DNA of 64,000 bases from positions 1,088,001-1,152,000 of the forward strand of contig CAXXHO010000005.1 of the NCBI GenBank assembly GCA_963667725.2, given 5' to 3'. The notes below the pieces were generated by a model that saw only the letters and a list, made by a program, of their open reading frames with translations, searched no databases and was not told the DNA's origin. Positions 59,308-64,000 of this stretch are shown here, piece by piece; the stretch's first letter is position 1, and the number at the start of each line of letters is the position of its first letter. A program made the position numbers and the translations under genes. The stretch is from Treponemataceae bacterium (GTDB lineage: Bacteria; Spirochaetota; Spirochaetia; Treponematales; Rectinemataceae).

Positions 59308-61206
59308 ATGGACCGCAGCGAAGGGCCGCGCTCGGCGCGCTATCGGAGGAGACTCTATCGGGGCTATCTGTGGATCGCCCTGGTCCCCTTCAGTTTCTTC
59401 GTCGTATTGGGCGCCGCCGCCATTTTTCTCACCCAGAGCATCGTGATCAAGGAACTTTCCTCTCTCAAGGAAAGAAATCTTCGCCAGGTGGCCGAAAATA
59501 TCGAACTGTGGTTCGGCGAGGCCGATTCCATAGCGCTGGGGCTCTCCACCGATCCGGAGTTCTCTCGCGGCGCCGAATACCTTCTCAAGACGGGCATCCC
59601 TTCCCATACCGATCTCAAGCTCTCGAAAAGCCTGCAGAGCGTTCTCGCCTCGGCGGTGAACAGCAGGCTCTACCTGCACTCCATCACGGTGATCACCGAT
59701 TCGTCGTCCGGCTTGATCATCACGTCGATGGAAGGTCTCGCCCACCTCGCGGACTACCCCGACGCCGCGTGGCTCGACGGCACCAAGGACCACATGGGGG
59801 AGATAACGCCCTGGACCCAGGTGCGCGACTTTCATCCGCTTCCCAATTTCCCATTGAGCATACCAATCCTTTCCTTCTATAGAAACATGCTGGGTACCGG
59901 AAGTCTCGAGCGCAAGGGCGTGCTCGCCGTCAACGTCGATCTCAGGAAGCTGGACGCCCTCCTGGAAAAATCGGCGGAAGCGGCGGGCGGCCGTTTCATG
60001 CTCGTCGACAAGGCTAGCGGAAAAATTGTCGCGGGCTTGCGGCCTGGCGAGGACGAGGCCTCCATGGCCGCCTTCCTTCCGCCCTCCGAGGCCGCGGTTC
60101 CCGCGACCGAGAACGCTTCGACTCCGGCGCCCGCTTCCGCCGCGGCGGCCTTCACGCCGCTCACGCTGGTCGGCGGCCGGTACTTCGCGACATCGCGGCA
60201 ATCGGAGCGCTTCCCCTTCGCGTACTATCTTCTCAGCCCGGCCGAGGAGTTCAGGCGCATCCCGAGACGGGTCATGCTCATCGGAGGCGCGCTGGCCTCC
60301 CTTGCCCTGGCGGTGGGAATCGCCCTGGCCTTGGCCCTGGCGCGCCGAAACTTCAGGCTGCTGGACGGCATCCTCGATATCGTCGAGGCGGCGGGGCAGG
60401 GCAAGCCGCTGCCGCCCTTCCGCGAATCGCGCAACGAAGCCCTCGATTACGTGAGCCTGGCCGTGCTCAAGACCTTCGTCGAGCACGACTATTACAAGAT
60501 CCGCCTCTCGGAGCGCGAGCTTCGCCAGCGCACCTTGGAGCTCACCGCCCTCCAGGCGCAGATGAACCCGCACTTTCTCTTCAACACGCTCACGACCATT
60601 GCCTTCAAGGCCATGCAGCTGACGGGCGGGAAAAACGACCTGTCGGATATGGTGAAGCAGCTCTCCGACATGCTGGCCTACAGCCTGGCCGACGCGAAGG
60701 TACCCGCCACGCTCGGCGCGGAATTCGCCCATGCCAGACGCTATGCCGAACTCCAGAGGCGGCGCTTCGGCGATCGCTTCAGCTGCAGATGCGCCGAGGA
60801 TCCTGAACTTTCGGCCATACCCTGTATAAAACTGATTCTCCAGCCCCTCGTCGAAAACGCCTTCGAGCACGGATTCTCCGACAAGGAACGAGGCGGCGCG
60901 ATAACGGTAAGCGCTTCGCGCGACCAAGACTCGGGCAGAGTGCGGATTGTGGTGGAGGACGATGGCGTAGGCATGACCGAAGAACGCCTTGAAGAGCTCC
61001 TGGCTCTCATAGCCGCCGGAGCCGAGAGCGCCGAACATGTCGGACTCGTGAACACGGCGCGGAGGCTCTCGCTCGCCTACGGCGCGAAGGCTAGCTGCGC
61101 GGTGGAAAGCTGGCCGGGGCGCGGCACGAAAATTACCCTGCTCTTTCCCGACGCAATTCCCGCGGCCGTTTGCCCGTGCAGTCCCGAGGCAGGTTCTTTT
61201 GACTGA
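59308..61206 (+). CDS. Membrane sensor histidine kinase, YesM/LytS (His_kinase) family
   Basis: Two TM segments around a Cache-like region; ALQAQMNPHFLFNTL, LQPLVENAFEHG, EDDGVGM, VGLVN, GRGT. Confidence 0.88.
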   Translation: MDRSEGPRSARYRRRLYRGYLWIALVPFSFFVVLGAAAIFLTQSIVIKELSSLKERNLRQVAENIELWFGEADSIALGLSTDPEFSRGAEYLLKTGIPSHTDLKLSKSLQSVLASAVNSRLYLHSITVITDSSSGLIITSMEGLAHLADYPDAAWLDGTKDHMGEITPWTQVRDFHPLPNFPLSIPILSFYRNMLGTGSLERKGVLAVNVDLRKLDALLEKSAEAAGGRFMLVDKASGKIVAGLRPGEDEASMAAFLPPSEAAVPATENASTPAPASAAAAFTPLTLVGGRYFATSRQSERFPFAYYLLSPAEEFRRIPRRVMLIGGALASLALAVGIALALALARRNFRLLDGILDIVEAAGQGKPLPPFRESRNEALDYVSLAVLKTFVEHDYYKIRLSERELRQRTLELTALQAQMNPHFLFNTLTTIAFKAMQLTGGKNDLSDMVKQLSDMLAYSLADAKVPATLGAEFAHARRYAELQRRRFGDRFSCRCAEDPELSAIPCIKLILQPLVENAFEHGFSDKERGGAITVSASRDQDSGRVRIVVEDDGVGMTEERLEELLALIAAGAESAEHVGLVNTARRLSLAYGAKASCAVESWPGRGTKITLLFPDAIPAAVCPCSPEAGSFD

Positions 61207-61265
61207 TAAAATAGAAAAGCATATATTAGCTTTCATGAATATCTAAAAGTAAAAGGAGTGCACCA

Positions 61266-62114
61266 ATGATGAATGAATTCCAAAAACGCGGCACCGCGAC
61301 CATTCTCGCTATCTTTTCGGCGCTCGCCTTCGTCGGCGTCCTTGTCACGAATGGTCTCGCGAACGCCCTGCCCTTGAATGGGGCGAACACCGGCGTCCTG
61401 TCCGACGAAATTCCCAATCTTTTCGTCCCCGCCGGCCTCACGTTTTCGATATGGGGCCTCATCTACCTTCTTCTCGCGGGATACATCGTCGCCGTTTTGG
61501 CTGAGGCCGGAAGAACCGCGAGGGAGGGGCATTCGGATGATGGCTCCGCCTGGGGGCCGGCCGACGCAACGCTTTTCCTTCTCAACGCGGCGGCGAATAT
61601 AGGCTGGATTTTCGCCTGGCACTGGAGAAAGGTGGGTCTGGCCATGTTTCTCATGCTGGTGATTTTGGGAACCCTGATCGCCCTCGAGGCGGGGAATCAG
61701 TCGAAACTTTCCAGGGGCGGCGCCCTCGATAAAGATCGCGTCAGAGGCTGGGCTAGACGTTTCTTCCTGACCGTCCCCTTACGCGTCTATCTCGGCTGGA
61801 TATCGGTAGCCACGATCGCGAACGCCACTGCCGTCCTCGTCAAGGCGGGCTGGTCCGGATTCGGTTTGGATCCGCGGTTCTGGACGGTCTTCGTGATCGT
61901 AGCCGGCCTCGCCGTGGCTCTCGGCTTTTCCCTGCTCAAACGACAGATCGCCGCTCCTCTCGTCATCGTGTGGGCTTACGCCGGCATCGTGCTAAAAAGG
62001 CTGGAAACGGATGCTTCCTACTCGTCGCCGGTCTGGATCGCCGCCGCCGTCGCCGCCTTCATCATCCTGGCGTCTTTTGTTCCCGGACTGCTGCGGCGAA
62101 GGGTAACGCGCTGA
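61266..62114 (+). CDS. TspO/MBR-related tryptophan-rich membrane protein
   Basis: NALPLNG.NTG.LSD..PNLFVPAG.TFSIWG.IY...NIGWIFAWH...YLGWISVATIAN. Confidence 0.7.
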   Translation: MMNEFQKRGTATILAIFSALAFVGVLVTNGLANALPLNGANTGVLSDEIPNLFVPAGLTFSIWGLIYLLLAGYIVAVLAEAGRTAREGHSDDGSAWGPADATLFLLNAAANIGWIFAWHWRKVGLAMFLMLVILGTLIALEAGNQSKLSRGGALDKDRVRGWARRFFLTVPLRVYLGWISVATIANATAVLVKAGWSGFGLDPRFWTVFVIVAGLAVALGFSLLKRQIAAPLVIVWAYAGIVLKRLETDASYSSPVWIAAAVAAFIILASFVPGLLRRRVTR

Positions 62115-62124
62115 ATAAGCGCGC

Positions 62125-62158
62125 CGGGCGGCCTGCCGCTTGCGCGGCAGGCCGCCCG
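62125..62158. terminator. GC-rich hairpin after the TspO-like gene
   Basis: CGGGCGGCCTGCCGC-TTGC-GCGGCAGGCCGCCCG; 15-bp stem, no clear U-tract. Confidence 0.5.
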
Positions 62159-62277
62159 AATCCAGAAAATCATCATGAACAGCGGATGTTGAATAAATAT
62201 TCGCTTGACTTGCAAAAATATCTGCAATAAGGTTCTCGACTAAGTTCTGGAGATTATTACCAGATAAGGAGGATCTT

Positions 62278-63807
62278 GTGGCATCGAAAAAGAAATGGTT
62301 GCTGTCTATTCTGTCGATCGCTGTGGTTCTTGGGGTTCTCGTCGCGCCTTTAGGGGCGACGGGGACGCTTACGGCAGTGTCCACCCAGGATCCTGGCAGC
62401 TGGGATCCTGTCGACACCTACCTTGTAGCCTGGGCGGCGGTTTCCACCAATATCTACGACGGACTCACCTATCGAGGTCCGGACGCGAAGCTGGTTCCCG
62501 GACTCGCCGAAAAGTGGGAAACCCTGGACGGCGGGAAACGTATCCGGTTCTCCCTGCGCAAAAACGTGCTCTTCCACAACGGCGAGCCGTTCAACGCGGA
62601 AGCGGTAAAGTTCACGTTCGACCGACTGCTCGAGGGCGATGGCAAGAAAGGACCTCAGCGTTCCAATTACGCCATCATCGATAAAGTCGTCGTCGTGGAT
62701 ACCTACTCCGTCGACATGTACCTCTCAAACGTGGATCCCGTGCTCCTCGTTAAACTAGCCGGATATGGCGCCATGATCGTGCCGCCCAAGTATATCCAGG
62801 AAAAGGGCGAGGAATATTTCAACACGCACCCGGTCGGGACCGGACCCTTCAAGTTCGTATCCTATGAGCCGAAGGTGAACATCAAACTGGAAGCTTTCGA
62901 CAAGCATTGGGGCGGCGCGCCCAAGCTGTCCAAGCTCGAGTACCGCTTTATAAACGAGCCGGCTACCGCGATCGCGGAACTTCAGGCCGGACGTGTCGAT
63001 CTGCTCTTCGGCGCGAACATCCCCATCGGCATGATCCCTACCATTAAAGCCAATCCGAAGCTCGACGTCGTGAGCGTTCCCGGCCCGACCGTCTATTCGC
63101 TCCGCTTCAACACCAAAACTGGCATCACGAAGGACGTGAATGTCCGCAAGGCGCTGATCATGGCGGTGGACAGAGACGCCATCATAAAATCGATTCTCGG
63201 CGGACAGGCCACGGCGATCTCGAGCTTCCAAGGCCCACTGTCGTTCGGCTTCGATCCTTCCATGAAAGTGGTGCCCTACGATCCGAAGCAGGCCATGGCG
63301 CTGCTCAAGGAAGCGAAGATTCCTTCGGGCGCTCCCGTTCAGATCGATATCAGGGCAGGAAACGCCACTTTCCTTGAAGTCAGCCAGGCCGTGGCCAGCT
63401 ATCTGAAGATGGCGGGCATCAACGCTACGATAAAGCCCTATGAGAGCAACTACTTCCTGAACGACATCGTGCCTCCCGGCAAGACCGGCGAGATGTTCCA
63501 GCAGGCATGGGGCGGCTGGACGCTGGACTTCGACAACACCGCGTATCTGATGTACCACACCGGAGAGAAGTGGAATCCCTACGACAGCGATCCGAAACTC
63601 GACGCCTTGCTGGAATCCCAGCGGTCCATCTCGGACAGGGCGAAGCGTGAGGACATCCTGCAGTCGATCGCCCAGTATACGGCGAACAACGCTCTGGAAA
63701 TGGAGCTTTACAATTTGAACGAAATGTATGCCATCAATACGCGCGTCAAGAATTTCGTCGCGCCTCCCGACACGCGTCTCAGGCTCTCCAATGTTACCGT
63801 TGAATGA
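62278..63807 (+). CDS. ABC transporter substrate-binding protein, family 5 (Opp/Dpp-like)
   Basis: Signal peptide; PGLAEKW, FSLRKNVLFHNGEPFNAEAVKFTFDR, PVGTGPFK, VRKAL..AVDR; AGGAGG before GTG. Confidence 0.92.
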   Translation: MASKKKWLLSILSIAVVLGVLVAPLGATGTLTAVSTQDPGSWDPVDTYLVAWAAVSTNIYDGLTYRGPDAKLVPGLAEKWETLDGGKRIRFSLRKNVLFHNGEPFNAEAVKFTFDRLLEGDGKKGPQRSNYAIIDKVVVVDTYSVDMYLSNVDPVLLVKLAGYGAMIVPPKYIQEKGEEYFNTHPVGTGPFKFVSYEPKVNIKLEAFDKHWGGAPKLSKLEYRFINEPATAIAELQAGRVDLLFGANIPIGMIPTIKANPKLDVVSVPGPTVYSLRFNTKTGITKDVNVRKALIMAVDRDAIIKSILGGQATAISSFQGPLSFGFDPSMKVVPYDPKQAMALLKEAKIPSGAPVQIDIRAGNATFLEVSQAVASYLKMAGINATIKPYESNYFLNDIVPPGKTGEMFQQAWGGWTLDFDNTAYLMYHTGEKWNPYDSDPKLDALLESQRSISDRAKREDILQSIAQYTANNALEMELYNLNEMYAINTRVKNFVAPPDTRLRLSNVTVE

Positions 63808-63853
63808 AAAGCGACTTTTAGGAAGTTGCGTGGCTTCTGACTGAAGTACCATC

Positions 63854-63884
63854 AGGGCCGTTCCCGCAAAGAGCGGCCCTTTTG
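63854..63884 (+). terminator. Stem-loop with short U-tail between the binding-protein and permease genes
   Basis: AGGGCCGTTC-CCGCAAA-GAGCGGCCCT-TTTG. Confidence 0.55.
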
Positions 63885-63899
63885 CTTGAGGGTGGGCGA

Positions 63900-64000
63900 G
63901 TGGCAAAGTTTTTAATCAGGCGATTGTTTCTGGCTGTTTTCGTGGTCCTCACGGTCACGTTGATCGTATCGTACGCCATCAGGCTGACAGGCGATCCGGC
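63900..64000 (+). CDS. 5' end of an OppB/DppB-type ABC permease (truncated by the window edge)
   Basis: Manual translation from GTG 63900: MAKFLIRRLFLAVFVVLTVTLIVSYAIRLTGDP, the typical 'I.RRL...GDP' N-terminus. Confidence 0.85.
   Translation, partial: MAKFLIRRLFLAVFVVLTVTLIVSYAIRLTGDP

Overview
A 64-kb, mostly GC-rich bacterial chromosomal segment. The gene content is compatible with a free-living anaerobe such as a high-GC spirochaete, but that taxonomy is only a guess. Left to right: (1) a lower-GC defence island on the minus strand: Type III-like res, a Schlafen/AlbA_2-HATPase-HTH gene, mod, and the 5' end of an archaeo-eukaryotic primase (AEP)-like gene that runs off the window and is missing from the ORF track; (2) LacI-araB-araA; (3) proA-proB, an MBL hydrolase and a GDSL hydrolase; (4) a DEH-reductase-like SDR plus RbsD/FucU, divergent from a TRAP transporter; (5) a plant-type long ilvC and ilvBN, divergent and each preceded by a 25-aa leader peptide and nearly identical attenuator hairpins; (6) a ~10-kb arsenic/thiol-redox island: arsC, acr3, two ArsRs, four ArsP-type permease genes, thioredoxins, DGC, CcdA, a Cys-rich PadR, GGT and a Cys-Cys peptide; (7) PAS-GAF-PP2C-HATPase, a PilZ-less BcsA-like GT2 and a STAS protein; (8) an Fbp/Afu-type ABC transporter with a PhoB-like regulator, a membrane-less PhoR-like kinase and a stand-alone RapZ C-terminal domain; (9) gltB without gltD; (10) a WecA/MraY-family gene and small orphans; (11) PNP-mtaD-moxR-DUF58-DUF4129; (12) an orphan YesM-like kinase, a TspO-like protein and the start of an Opp/Dpp-type ABC operon. 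I recognised no rRNA, tRNA, CRISPR array or transposase. The best candidates for undescribed biology are the RapZ-CTD/soluble two-component/ABC module, the partner-switch/glucan synthase operon, the twin ilv attenuators, and the res-Schlafen-mod-AEP island, whose res gene appears to start at AUU. All family calls come from recognising motifs by eye; no database search was run.
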